Assembly: GCA_030264375.1 (NCBI GenBank)
Contig: JASCQW010000072.1
Location: forward strand, 44,619,265-44,683,264
DNA: 64,000 bases
From: Carcharhinus longimanus
Lineage: Eukaryota
Direction: 5' to 3'
Positions 50,201 through 63,175 of this stretch are shown one piece after another. The notes beneath the pieces are model-generated. The model had not been told where the DNA came from. It ran no database searches and saw only the letters and a program-made list of their open reading frames with translations. Positions within the stretch are counted from its first letter, which is position 1. The number at the start of each line of letters is the position of its first letter. A program made the translations under genes and the position numbers.

Positions 50201-51643
50201 TCACTGGTTGATGAAGGGAATGTGTTGGAGGAGGCGAACCAACACTGGGATTTTCTGGACTCACTTGTTCTGAAACTGGAAAATCTCACCCTAAGTCAAT
50301 TGACATTCCCAGTGTCTGCCCCTCATCCGTTCCGATTCCCGTGGTGGGTAGGATAGTGAAATTCACTCCCATGACTATAAAACAGATTGGGTAAGAAGAG
50401 AGTGACGATCAACATAGCATAACGGCAATGTGGTGAAAAGATTGAAAGTTTATTTGCTGAATACGGATAAACCCAAATATCATTTGTTCTAACTTCTTTA
50501 GACTAAACAACTGTGAAGTAACATTTGTTCAAACAAGCCAGAAGGGACCAGTTTAAATGCAAAAATTGAAGTAGAGGCAGTTTGTGGAGTTTTAAATTTA
50601 CTGCCTATTCAAATATGGAAATTACAAATAAATGTGACGTTGTACAGTTAAATGTTTCAATTATTACAGGTGAGCTTGAAATATAGTTTCAATTTTTGAG
50701 CAAGGCAAACTATAATACCATATTTTCAGAATGATCACATTATCCGACAGCTTAACTTTATAGTATAGCAATCTTACTTGGATTCTGTACATCTTCCCCA
50801 AAACTGCAAATATTTATAAATATGAAGAAATGATTTAGTGGTCAGATGCAGCTCAAATGCGTCCAAGCTGCACTAATTGTTGTGGCAAAAGGGAAAGCTT
50901 TATTGTTGGGAATTTCTTTTGCTTACTATATATTATTTTGATCTCTTTTAGTAGTTTCATTGGGTGATTGCATACCTGCTATGATTGCAGCGTGAATGTC
51001 ATTTACTATGTATTTATTAACAACTATTCTCAGTTTTGGGAAAGATGTAGAGAATCCAGGTGAAATTGCTGTACTATACAGTTAATGTGGATCATTCTGA
51101 AAATATGGTATCATCCTTTGTCTTGGTCAAAAATTGAAACTATAATATATTTCCAACTCACCTGTAATAATTGAAACATTTACCTGTATAGCGTCTCATT
51201 TATTTGCCATTTCCATATTTAAGAAAGCAGTAAATTTAGAATTCCACAAACTCCTTCTAAATGTTGATTCTACTTCAATTTTTACATTAAAACTGGTCCT
51301 TTCTGGCTTGTTTGAACAAATGTTACTTCACAATAAATTGCTTATTCTAAAGAAGTTAGAAGAACAAATGATATTTAGGTTTATTCACATTCAGTAAATA
51401 AACTTTCAATCACTTCTCCACATTGCTATTATGCTATGTTGACAGTCACTCTCCTCTTACCCAATCTGTTTCATAGAGCGAATTTTACCATCCCACCCGC
51501 CACGGGAATCGAAACGGGTAAGGGACAGACCATGGGAAGGTCCATGGACCGCGGGTGGGATTTTCCGGTTTCGAGACAAGTGAGGCCAGAAAATCCCTGT
51601 CTTGGTTTGCCTCCTCCAACACATTGTCTTCATCGCCCAGTGA
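50201..51643. repeat. Long imperfect inverted repeat (arms about 640 bp, spacer about 150 bp)
   Basis: For example 50441 attgaaagtttatttgctgaatacggataaacccaaatatcatttgttct is reverse-complemented at 51361-51410. Matches continue outward to tcactgg/ccagtga and inward to about 50845/50995. Confidence 0.92.
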
Positions 51644-51739
51644 GTTTCCCTTTCTAACCCTGGTCACTTTCACTTTCCCCATGGACCTACATTATTTTGC
51701 CACTTACACTATTTATAGTTTTCAACTGAATGTATCTGC

Positions 51740-52860
51740 ATCTACTTGTTCATGTCACCTCTGGTTCCCTTAGCAACCACCTTAAGCCAGTGTGCTTTGG
51801 TTATTGACACTTTCTTCTTTCTTACACACCAAAACCATTCATGATTTTGAAGACCTCCATTAAATCTCTTCTTAACCTTTTCTGTTGTAAGGAGAACAAC
51901 TCCAGCTCCAAACAGTATCTCCACTTAATTGAACTCCCACACCCCAGTATCATTTTACAAGTCTCTTCAGCTCCTGACACCCTGCACAAAATTAAATACA
52001 ATGCTCCAGCTGGTGTCAAACCAATGTTTTACAAAGATTTGGTATAATAACCCTGCTTTCGCTATTCCATTTTTCTATTAATAAAGCCAAGATCTCATAT
52101 GATTTTTTCTTTAAGAACAGCCTTCTCAATTTTTAAATAATTTTATTTTAGAATCCTACAGTGCAGAAGAGGCCCTTCAGCCCATCGAGTCTGCACAATG
52201 CATGAAAGGCCCTGACCTGCTTACCGAATCCCACTTGCCAGCACTTGGCCCAGAGCCTTGAATGTTATCGCATGCCAAATACTCATCCAGGTACTTCTTA
52301 AAGAATGTGAGGCCTCCCACCTCCATCACCCTTCCAGGCAGCGCATTCCAGGTGATCACCATCTTCTGAACAAAAAGGTTTTTCCTCAAATGCTCCCTAA
52401 ACCTCCCACCCCCCACTTTCAACTTGTGTCCCTTTGTAACTGACCCTTCCACTAAGGGGAGCAGCTACTCTCTACCCACCCTGTCCATATCCCACCTCAA
52501 CTTGTTCTGCCATCATCAAGTAATATACATACATTGTCCATATACTTCTGAAGTATCTTGGGGTCCTCATTGCTTATGACAACATTTTGTCATCTGCAAT
52601 TTTGTAATGATGCCCTGTATTTCCAAACCCAGGTTATAATTATGTATTAAAAATAGCACTGGACCTAATACTAACCCCTGGAGTGTACTGCCTCCAAATT
52701 GAAAAATGACCATTCATCACTGCTCTTTGATTTCTGTCCCTTAGTCAATTAAAAAAAAATCTATGTTGCCACTGTCCCTTTAATCAAATGGGCTTTAGTT
52801 TTGCCACTAAAACTTTTGTGTGGTGCTTTGTCAAACACCTTTTGAAAGTTTATTCAAACA
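51740..52860 (-). mobile_element. Decayed CR1 RT/3' region with a younger CR1 3' end nested at 52150-52500
   Basis: LELFSLQQKRLRRDLMEVFKIMNG; GHKLKVGGGRFREHLRKNLFVQKMVITWNALPGRVMEV. Confidence 0.85.
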
Positions 52861-53379
52861 CTGCAAATTAATTAGTATTTTGGAGGCAGCCGAATAGTCA
52901 GATAACTGGGCACATGGTATAATGGAGCAGTCACTTATGAAGGCGCTCATCACCCCTTGCAATGTTTTCATTCAAGCTTGGACCAGTCTCTTCCATGGTT
53001 CAAGCTAGCAGTGCAGCCTTGCAGTGCGGATTAGGAGAATGCTGAGCCTGACCTGATAGCATGGCATGCTGTCCAGTAGGTGAAGCTGCCACCAATCAGT
53101 CAGATGGAGGGGGCAGAACTGGGTGGGGTTTCTACACAATGGTCACCTAATGAGACAAACCGCACAATTAACCATGAGAGGTTCCTAGGAGACCAATGCT
53201 AACCTACACATCTCTCTCTTTCATCCTGCAGGAGGAGTATATCTGAAGCATGGAGTCTGGGGGCCTTACCATGTGCCTCATGGCTTACAGCAAATGGAGG
53301 TGAAGGAGAAGAGGGCAACAGAGATGCCAGCCTGAGCACAGAGGCGAGCAACAGTGAAGAAAAAGGGGTAGCCAAAGCT

Positions 53380-54200
53380 CCTGTGCACATTGCTGAAAAG
53401 CCACAGTGAAATGTTGTAGGTTGGAGCCAAGCTGGACTCTGTGACCTCTGTGGGATCCCGCAAGCCTCCACACACAAATGCTTCCAAGAGCGTGGACTCC
53501 ATCTTTGCGAAGACACATAACTTTGTGCATTTTGACAAGGACCAGGCAAGCCAGGAAGCAAGAAGATGGGGATTTGCGCAGATCTCTGGTTTTCCATAGG
53601 TGCAGGATGCCATTGACTGCACTCACACCAGATCTTTGTGGCATCAAGCAATGAACTATGTAAACCATAAGGGCCTCTTTCCACTGAATGAACAGCAGGT
53701 CTATGCATGATTCCAGGGAGTGTCCATGGATTCCACATTTTCAGCCGCACTCAAATCCCTGATGTTTTCTAGGGTCCACAGAAGCTGCAGGGTTGGCTCC
53801 TTGGGGACAAGAGCTATCCATTGAGGACATGGCTAATAATGCCCGTGCAGAGGCCTCAGCATGCAAAAGAGAGAAAGTACAACAAGGCTCATCCTGCAAT
53901 TTACACATTGGTTGAGGAAACCATTAGGATGCTGAAAATGAGATTCTAGTACCTGGACCAATCTGATGGAGCCCTTCAATATAATCCACAGAGAGTGCCA
54001 AGCTTTGACACCACCTATTGTGTATTACACAACCTGGTGCTTGAGGAGGAGATGAAGGAGGTGCATGTCTCCTCCATTAAGGAGGATGTTGATGAGGCTG
54101 AGGGTGAGGAGGTTCTTGAAGGCAAAGGTGATGGTGATGAAGCCATTGTGATGTCAGGACAAGACAATGCACTCAGCAGGCTCTCATATCTGCCAGGTTC
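53380..54200 (+). pseudogene. Harbinger DDE transposase (HARBI1-like), disrupted
   Basis: DLCGIPQASTHKC; GFAQISGFP*VQDAIDCTH; PGSVHG; QGWLLGDKSYPLRTWLIMP; YNKAHPAIYTLVEETIRMLKMRF*YLDQSDGALQY; CVLHNL plus acidic tail. Multiple stops. Confidence 0.9.
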
Positions 54201-55432
54201 ATGGAAAATGATTGTGACATGCAGTGAGGGCATTTGCAGCAGTGCAGGACAGATGTGCTGGACCAAGTCTCCATAACAGCCACCATCTTGCCAGTGGATC
54301 TTGATGCATTAGCGTGACAATGGGATCACCTCGGTCTGAAGGTGAAAGGTGTCCTCCATCATTCTTTGCAGCAGTTATCCTTTCCTGGTGTTCACATGAT
54401 TGCTGCTGCATCTCCAACAACTGACTGACAAAAGAGTACAGAGGCTCATCATCTGACTTGGACTGGGCAGATCTCATGCCTCCAGCAGCGCTCTGAATAC
54501 CAACAGTCTCCAATGTCCCTGCCTCCACTTGCTGTGGAGAAGTTGGTGTGCTGTGCTCACCAGATAGTGATCTGGGGCTTGTTCTACATGTAGGTCCCAC
54601 CAAGGAGTGTCTCACCACACTGGAGGAGAGTGTGGGTGAGCTGTCATCAGTATTCTCAACCTAGATGATAGCACTGGATTTGGAGTCAAGGTTGCCTGAG
54701 GGCAATGTGGCAGATGTGCTTGGGAGAGAAAGTGTAGATTATTAGTATAAGGCTGGCAGAATACAGTTAACAGTGGACTCACAGTTGAATTGCCAGAGGA
54801 ATGATCTGGTGCATGACCCTCACTTTGATTTTTGGTGCCAACCTTGTGTTGCCATTGGAACAATCCATGTCCCCTCCAGCTAGCTGCAACATGTTCTTCA
54901 AAGGGAGTAAGGACCTTGATGTTAGACACTCCACCCTTTAGATTGGAAGCTTTCTCTTTTATTATGTGTGATCGTGTCCCGTGGAAAGACAGATGGAAAG
55001 TGTGAGCAAGGCACATGTGAAGGATGCCGAGTGTGTGCTGAGTGAAGCTAGGGGGTGATCTCCAGAGGAGATGAGGATAGATGGAGGTGTGAGGGTGTGT
55101 ATGAAGGAGTGAGTGGTGATGCCCCTTGAACTGACTGTGGATGAGATGCCAGTAAGTGTATGTGAGTTGAGTAATCAGCTGGTTGCCTTACCCTGGTGGC
55201 ATGGATGAGGTAATTCATCCCCTTTCTGCACTGGATAGTTGACCTCTTCTGAGAAGCATTAGCACTGGCCAAGCTGCACCTATCTCCCCAGCCAGTGATC
55301 ATGCTGCCCCGCCTGCAGCCAGTTCAGGGGTAGAGGATATTGTGGAGGACATCACACAATGTCCAAAAGCTGCTCCAGGGAAGTGTCACTGAGTCTGGGG
55401 GGGCTGCATATGCCTTGACTTTTGGGGCCATG
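54200..55432 (-). pseudogene. Harbinger Myb/SANT partner gene, spliced, disrupted
   Basis: MAPKVKAYAAP/LSDTSLEQLLDIV...SANASQKRSTIQCRKGMNYLIHATR|gtaagg. Downstream pieces GGVSNIKVLTPFEE and QLLEMQQQSCEHQE. Confidence 0.75.
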
Positions 55433-55709
55433 TCTTCTTAGGAGCATCCCTGGGCTGGAAACATTGAGAACTGTGCATACGGATGCAACTTAAATATGGT
55501 GCCTGGAGTGAGGAAACCCTGAAGTAATGGTGTGGTGGGTGAACCAGAAGCTGCTTGCCTGTGGGACTGCCTAGTTCCTCTGCCTGCATAATTAGTAAGG
55601 TGGGAAGTGGATAATATGGCGTGACAACCTGCCATTATGACTGGCGGGACAAAGACCAATTTTTCACACCCATGACTGCCCTTAGCCCAATTCAGGAAAA
55701 ATGCTGCCC

Positions 55710-57900
55710 ATTTGTCTCTAAAAATTTCCTGATCACTGAGGTTAGTCCGTGGCTGCCAAAGGTATCCCTCTATTTTTTTAAGCAAAGGTATAACCTTTAT
55801 AATCTTCTAATCCCCTGGCACCATACCATATTCAGGTCTTGCCCTGTCCACCCTGCGCATTGGCTTTGTAACACTGAAAAAGGAATAAAATTTAAAAATA
55901 ATATCCAGGGAGGATTGGACAATGTGACCAAAGTCATTACAAGTTGCATCCCTCTTCCCTTCAATGATCCAGAATGCATCCTATCTGGATTGGGTGTCTT
56001 TTCTATTTTGAAGCCTGCCAAATCTGTTTATCTTTATCTTGTCCAATATCACTATTGCCTCCACCTTTTACTACTACATTGGCAGCATTCTCTTTCCTAC
56101 TGAAGGCAGATGCAAAGTAGTCATTTAGTATTAAACTGCACCCTGTGTCTTCAGAAGAATATCTCTCCACCCTATCTTATGCTATTCTTGCATTTCTAAA
56201 AGATTATTGGATTCCCTTTTATGTTTGCCATTAATTTATATTTGTACTTCCTCTTTGTCTTTTTTCTTATTCCTTCACGTTCAATCTCCTCTGTATACTT
56301 TCTTCTATCAGCTTGGTTCCTGAATGAACTGTGAACTTTATAATTATCATCATCCTCTTTTTCCTGTCACATTTTAACATCTTTAGTTATTCGGGGAGTT
56401 CTAGCTTTGGATGCCATTTTGTTTCTCCCCTTGGGAATTCAGGTACTTTGTATCCAAACCATTTCCTCTTTGAAAACCTCCCAATGTTCAATTATTTTTT
56501 GCCTACAAACATTTGAATCCAACCCACCTGGGCTGGAACCCTTTACAACTCTGGGAAATTAGGCCTCCTCCAGTTAAGTTTTTTTTTACTGCTGATTGTA
56601 CCTTGTTCTTCTACATTACTCCCTGTACTCAAAATCCAATGCTTTATTCATTATTCCCCAGATGTGCTCCCATTTGAAATATGTTCCACTTGATTCACCT
56701 CGTGCCACTGGACCCAGACTTCCTCTTGGGTTCAGATGGAAACAGACTAATCAAGAAACTTTTCTTGCACAAATTTTATGCAGTCCAACCCCTCTTTGTC
56801 CTTTTCTTATTACTTTCCCCAGTGTCTATTAGGATAATTGAATTTCCAGTTATCACTAAAGTAAGCAGAATCTTGCGGATGCTGGAATCTGAAACAGGAA
56901 CAGAGAATGCTGGATAAATTCAGCTGGTCAGGTAGCATGTGTGGGAAGTTGATGAGAGCCAAATGGATCCCTGTTAACTCTGTTTTCTCTCCCTACAGAT
57001 GCTGCCAGATGTGGTGAGTTTTTCCTGCACTCTATGTCTTATTCCCAATTATCACTGATCTGCAGCTTTTGCACTTTTCTGTAATTTGCCTGCACATTTT
57101 CTCATTTATCTCCTTCCCACTCTTTGGTAGTCTATAATACACATCCAGTAATGTTGTAGCCCCTCTGTTGTTCTCTTACATAAGAAAACAAGAGATAGAA
57201 GCAGAACTAGACCATATTGCCTATCGGGCTCATTCCCTCATTCGATACGATCATGTATATACAATGCCTTCTCTGCAGTAGAACACACCATCACTTTTCA
57301 CAGAAACATTATCAAACAAAATTTTACACTGAGCCACCTTAAGAGCAGATGATGAAATGATTGGCCAAAGAGTTAAATTTTAAGAAGTGTCCCAAAAGAA
57401 GAAAGCTCTGTCGAGAGCTAAGATGAATTAAAAGAATTCCAGAGTTTAGGGTCATATTCCACCTGCTCCCCACAGGCTTTGATTCCCTGAGAGACCAAAT
57501 ACCTGTTTAACCAAGACTTGAAGTATTATTCTAACCAATTAAACTCTAATTTAATCCCTCAAATATATCATACCTCTCTAATGCGGAATAGTATTGTTTA
57601 TTTTCATCTTTCCCTATTTTTTCTGAATCCTTTCTTGCCAGGAATATTAAAACCCTAATCAGCCCCTTTGGAATCAGGTATATCATACATATCAGGTACT
57701 ATTAGTATCAGTATATCAGGTATTATATGGTGACTGACTTGTACTACTGTTCATCAACTGTATTCACCATGTTATGTGCATTTCTGTATATTAAACCAAA
57801 TCCATCTTAGACTACCTTGCATTTGACCCCTACCTGATCCCTTCTATTTCAGAACTACATTTTATGCGTGTTATTTTTGCCTCTCTAGTCCCCTGTGCAT
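55710..57900 (-). mobile_element. Heavily decayed CR1 ORF2 (endonuclease to RT start) with small nested repeats
   Basis: Minus MAGFKIEKTPNPDRMH (cf. KSPGPDGMH) and further CR1-like fragments. Confidence 0.6.
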
Positions 57901-60277
57901 CGTAAATAAAGGATCATTGACTCAAAACATCTTCTCTATTTTTCTCTGCACTGTTGCTTCTTGACCTGCTAAGTATTTCCAGCATTTCCCATTTTTATTT
58001 CAAATTTCCAGTTCTTCAATATTTTACTTTTGCCACAGTGCGTTTCTGTTATTTTCCATTATTATTTCATGGCATTACTGGCACAGCTTCATTTGTTGCC
58101 CTTCCCTAATCGCCCTTGAACTGATTGCTAAACGCACAATTTCAGAGGGCACTTAAGAGTCAAACACATTGCTGTGGGTTTGGAGTCATATGCAGCCCAG
58201 ATCAGGTAAGGACGGCAGATTTCCTTCCCTAAAGGGCAATAGTGAAGCAGATGGGTTTTTACACCAACTGACAATGGTTTCATGGTCACCATTACTGAGA
58301 CGAGCTTTTCAATTCCTGATTATTAATTGAATTTAAATTCCACCAGCTGCCATGGTGAGAGGATTTGAATCTGTGTCCCCAGAGTATTAGCTTGGACCTC
58401 TGGATTACCAGCCCAATGACATTGCCGCTACACCGCTATCTTCCTAATTTCGTCCCCCTACCAAATTAGTTTAAATGCTTCTGCACCGTAGTAGTTGATC
58501 TTCCTAAAAGTGAAAAGATCCTTCCTGTACCAGAACTGAACCCAATGTCCCTGGAATCTGTATCATTTCTCCAGCCACATGTTTTATGTGATATTCCAAT
58601 GATTGTCAGTGCTTGATACTGAGTGTGATCTGGAGATTACTACCTTTTAATAGCTCCTGAAACTCTGATCTATATGGTAGCACAGTGGGTTAGCACTGCT
58701 GCCTCACAGAGCCTGGGAGCTGGGTTCAATTCTCCAGCTTGGGTCACTGTCTGTGCGGAGTTTGCATGTTCTCCCTGTGTCTGCGTGGGTCTCCTCCAGG
58801 TGTTCTTGTTTCCTCCCACAGTCCAAAAGACATGCTGGTTAGGTGCACTGGCTATGCTAAATTCTCCCTCAGGGTACTTGAACAGGTGCCGGACTGTGGC
58901 AACGAGGGAATTTTCACTATAACTTCATTGCAGTGTTAATGTAAGCCCATTTGTGACACTAATAAATAAATGTAAAAACTTAAAACTTAAACTTATCCTA
59001 TTTCTTTCAACATCATTTAGTTTCTATTTTGAACAACAACCTCTGACAGTTCTTGTTTTACCCTCAAAATGTTTTATGCCCTCTCAGCACTTTCTCATGT
59101 GGCTGCACAAACATCATAAGATGTGGGAACAGAAGTAGGCCATTCAGCCCATTGAGTCTGTTCTACCATTCTTAGAGGTCATGCTTGATCTGATCTCACA
59201 CCTGTTTATCTTCCTGACAACTGAATCTCTGGTGACCATTGTACCATTTTGCCCTCCATTCACTCCTCCATCCCTTGTCCACTCCATTCTGCGGCAGTGG
59301 TATGGATTTCCTCCAGTATCACTGTCCCCGGTGTCATTGCTCTTACAACTAGAGTCAAAATGGTTTTGCGAGTGTCACAAATCCTCTTATAGGATTCTGC
59401 ACTGTCTGTCACTTCCTTCTTTGATAGATTGCCAGCCACTTACTGTTCTCTTGAGCTTTTAATTTTACTGCAATTCTCACTTCCAATTGCTTCAATTCAC
59501 AGTAGCACACAACTTTCCTAACTGAAGCAAGCTACTTTTCCAATCCTCTTTACTGTCGTTTTCTGATATTGCTTTTGCTCTGTGCTGAAAATGGGAGTAT
59601 TTATGGCTGTGCCCTCTGTAAGTTATCTTTTGCAGTCCTACAGCCTTTCAAGATATCTGTGCTATTTTGATTATAGTCTCTCAAGTATCCCCCAATTTAA
59701 ATCATCCACCTTTGGCTGTGATGATTTCAGTAAACAAGGCTCTAAGTTCTAACATTCCCTCCCTACATTTCTTGGTTTTCTACCAAGCTTTCCTCCTGTA
59801 GAATTCTGCTTAAAACCTAACTCTTTGACCAACTCTTTTGGTTATCTTTACGTGGCCTGGTGTCAATTTGCTAATGCTCTTGTAAGTGGCTTGGGATGTT
59901 TTACTACATTAAAGGTATTAAATAATTATACGTTATTGTTTTCACCATGATTTATGGTGATTATTTTCATCCTGCAACCCTGAAAAGCTGCAGCCTGAAT
60001 TTTTGTGAGAAAATCATCAAGGAACAGCCATGCATTCAATGTCTCTACATTGATCCGATGCTGGAGCACCATGTCAAGTTTCTATCCATTCAAGAATTTT
60101 TTAAAATGTACAGATTTGCAGGCAATGGCTACACCTGGATACCACTGGATAAGCACTCTTAAATCACTATTGAAATACAATTGTATAATTCAATGCTTTT
60201 TTAGTCGCCTTAACAGCAATATTATATTTCTTAATCTGGTAGTACTTGAATAAATTGCTGAAAAGAAAGACATACTA

Positions 60278-60400
60278 GGTGGATATTCTGGCCACCCTTG
60301 CCCCAAGGTCGGAAAATCCCACCTGAGGTTAACGGACATTTGCATAGTCCGTTTACCATCTGCTACAATTCCCATGGCAGGCAGGATGGGAAAATTTGCC
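60278..60400. mobile_element. About 125-bp MITE with GGGC/GCCC-type termini
   Basis: Internal gaaaatcccacctgaggt(c/t)aa.ggac motif shared with copies at 45545-45690, 50245-50370 and 51476-51598. Confidence 0.7.
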
Positions 60401-60627
60401 CACTGTCAAAACTTTCACCTTGCATTCATCAGCACAATTTGCAAGAATCCTGAATTGTAAGCAGAACAACAGTTCATACCCTATGAGAAGAGAGTATTGA
60501 TTAATTGGCAAGTGGACTCAGAGAGAGGCATTGCCATGGTGAATGCAGCAGTTAACTGACAACTGACAATTAATTGCCAGGCTTTGTTTAAATTCAAACC
60601 AGGCAGGTTCCTCCTGATTGGAAAGGA

Positions 60628-60865
60628 ATGTGGCACAATAGCAGTAGCATTGCTGCCTCACAGTGCCAGGGACCTGGGTTCAATTCCAGACTCGGGCCAC
60701 TGTCTGAATTTAGAGTTGATTGGCCATGCAAAATTGCCTTTTAGTTTGGGGGCTAGCAGGGTAAATATGGGGGGTTATGGGGATAGGAGATGGGTAGAAT
60801 TGTTGTTGGTGCAGACTCAATGGGCTGAATGGTTCCTTCTGCATTGTGGGGATTTTATGATTCTG
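60628..60865 (+). mobile_element. Internally deleted HE1-type V-SINE
   Basis: tRNA head and CR1-like tail gcagactcaatgggctgaatgg. Confidence 0.75.
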
Positions 60866-61654
60866 CAAGGCATTGTCTGGGTAATGAACCAGGGAATGGC
60901 TGTGCTCCACTTTGTTTAGTTGCAAAAGAAACAATGCATGTTCCTTCTGTCTGCAAAAGACAAGCACCTGTGTGTGAATATATGTGGCTTCCAGCAAGCA
61001 TAAACTTTGCACTCTCTTCTGATGCAATGTAAATTGTTATTTCCTTTACAATTTGATATTCTTGTGAATTGTCCTGATGAGTGCAAGATGAAAAGCTTCA
61101 ACAGCAAGTCCCTTTCTCAGTATTTATTAAACTAATAACAAATGCATCCTTAAACAACACATTGCCTTAGCACAGGCTTGCAGTTGTAGATTGCAGTTTA
61201 CGGTAGCTATCAATCTAAGGTCTGCATTTGCTTGGCTGTAAATCCAACCAGAAAGAGTGTTAGATATTTGTATGGTTAGACAAAGTAGTTTAGTTTGAAT
61301 TATAATCACAAGCAAACATATCTCTCAGTTTAAAATGGGGCAGTACAACTGCACCTTACATACACCAGATGTGTGATTCTGAATAAATATAACTGCTTCA
61401 CATAAAAACTGTATTACATTGGGAGACCAATACATATTGTTATAGCATATATTTTTACAATGATCAAATGGATAAGTCAACCCCAACAATGCCTTTCTGG
61501 TGCTTTAGAAACATGATCAGCAAGAAATAGATCAATATCTGCAATAATATGGATATTTCATTAATTTGGATTGGTATAAGATATTTAGGAAGGAGTTTCT
61601 CTTGATTTAATATTGCTGTGTTATACTCTGTGTTCACTGTTAAATTTACTTTCA

Positions 61655-61930
61655 TGGGGGGCGGTTTAGAACGGAGTTGAGGAGGAACTTCTTCACTCAA
61701 AGGGTGGTGAATCTCTGCAATTCTCTGCCCGTTGAAGTGGTGGAGGTTACCTCGCTAAATATTTTTAAGATGCAGGTTGATAGGTTTTTGACAGGCAAGG
61801 GGATTAAGGGTTATGGGGAGAGGGCAGGGATGTGGAACTGAGACATGATCAGCCATGATCTTATTGAATGGCAGGGCAGGCTCCAGGGGCTAGATGGCCT
61901 ACTCCTGCTCCTATTTCTTATGTTCTTATA
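61655..61930 (+). mobile_element. CR1-type LINE 3' end
   Basis: FRTELRRNFFTQRVVNLCNSLP and the 3' UTR ending cctactcctgctcctatttcttatgttctt. Confidence 0.9.
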
Positions 61931-62627
61931 ACTGCTGATTGGAAATGATGATTAATTTAAATTATTTCCCTTCTCCAACCTTGCGGGTTTCCCTTGCGTT
62001 CTCGTTGGAAAGGCTCTTGCTCGGTTTCAAATCCCTCCTGAGACTCTCATCCCCTCCCCATCTCTATATTCTCCCTCCAACCCCAGAGACCTAGGGTCAG
62101 AGGCTCTGAGGACCCAGTTTGAATCCTGTCACAGCAGATATGAATTTAATAAAAATATGAAATTAAAGATCTAATGATGACCACAAAATCATTGTCAATT
62201 ATTGGAAAAACCCACCTAGTTCTTTAGGGAGGGAGATCTGCTGTCCTTGCCTGTCTGGCCCCACATGAAGTCCAGATCCATTCTAAAATGCCCTTTGAAA
62301 AGGGCAACCCACTCATTTCATAGTCAATTAGGGATGGCCAACAAATATTGGCCTTACCAGTGACACCCACATCCCAGGTATGGATAGAAAAATGGCTTGG
62401 CAAGCCACATTGGAGGGATGGGCAACAAAGGTTGGCCTTGCTTGGCGTTGCTGTGGGATCAATCAACTGTGGCCTAAACCCCTCTATTTTGTTACGCTGG
62501 AGGCTGGCCTGTGAAGTATTCTTTTGCATGATTGATGGGGTTGCGAGCTATTCTCTTGTACGGCATTCTGAATTGTGTGTCTGTTCTGAGGTAATGAGAA
62601 GCTTTAATGTGATGTATGGATTTTCAG

Positions 62628-62911
62628 GCTTGCAGCAGAGTTTTTCATCCTTTGTCAATGCGGTCCCAATCGGAAGGTGGAAGGAATTCATGCGGCACCT
62701 TCATCTAACAGAAAACCAGATTATGGAGGCTGAACGTAATTATGTGAACGACGTAAAGGAAGGACATTATCAGATGCTTCATACTTGGCTTCAGAAGATG
62801 GGTAACAAAGCCTCGATAAAGGTTCTACTGTGGACCCTACATAAAATGGACCTGGTGACAGCAGCTAATGAAATAAGCCTATCCATACTTAATAGAAACA
62901 AGGAGCACTAA
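62628..62911 (+). CDS. Terminal exon encoding a TNF receptor superfamily death domain (DR4/DR5/TNFR1-like death receptor)
   Basis: ttttcag|GC TTG... (phase 1). LQQSFSSFVNAVPIGRWKEFMRHLHLTENQIMEAERNYVNDVKEGHYQMLHTWLQKMGNKASIKVLLWTLHKMDLVTAANEISLSILNRNKEH* has the VP-x2-W-KEFMR-xL-xL, YQML-xW and AS-xx-LL-xL death-domain signatures, with no disruptions. Confidence 0.9.
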
Positions 62912-63175
62912 ATATCAGGGATTGGAGCGTTGGCACTTTGAAGACAAGCAATGTTGGACGAGGCCTCGAGGAGCCACGACTGACTGGCACCTGGGGAATG
63001 AAAAAATGGACTCTGAGGTCAATCAGCCAAGATCATTGTGAAGCACAGAAACTGCACAATATTCCTGAAACTTAAGTGCCTCTTTCCTCACTGTCTGCAC
63101 TCCCCGATCTTCTGATCAAATTCAATCTTGGAACAGTAATGTACCAGGGAGGAGGAACTAAACTCTCATCAGACA

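Larger units (their letters stand above)
52865..55709. mobile_element. PIF/Harbinger DNA transposon remnant with convergent transposase and Myb genes, nested in CR1
   Basis: Right terminus ...ggaaaaatgctgccc; left end truncated; CR1 sequence on both flanks. Confidence 0.8.

Noticed and set aside
62348-62627. N-terminal extension of the 187-aa death-domain ORF
   Set aside because: It starts at a non-ATG codon inside a SINE tail. A good acceptor at 62627 marks the real exon start.
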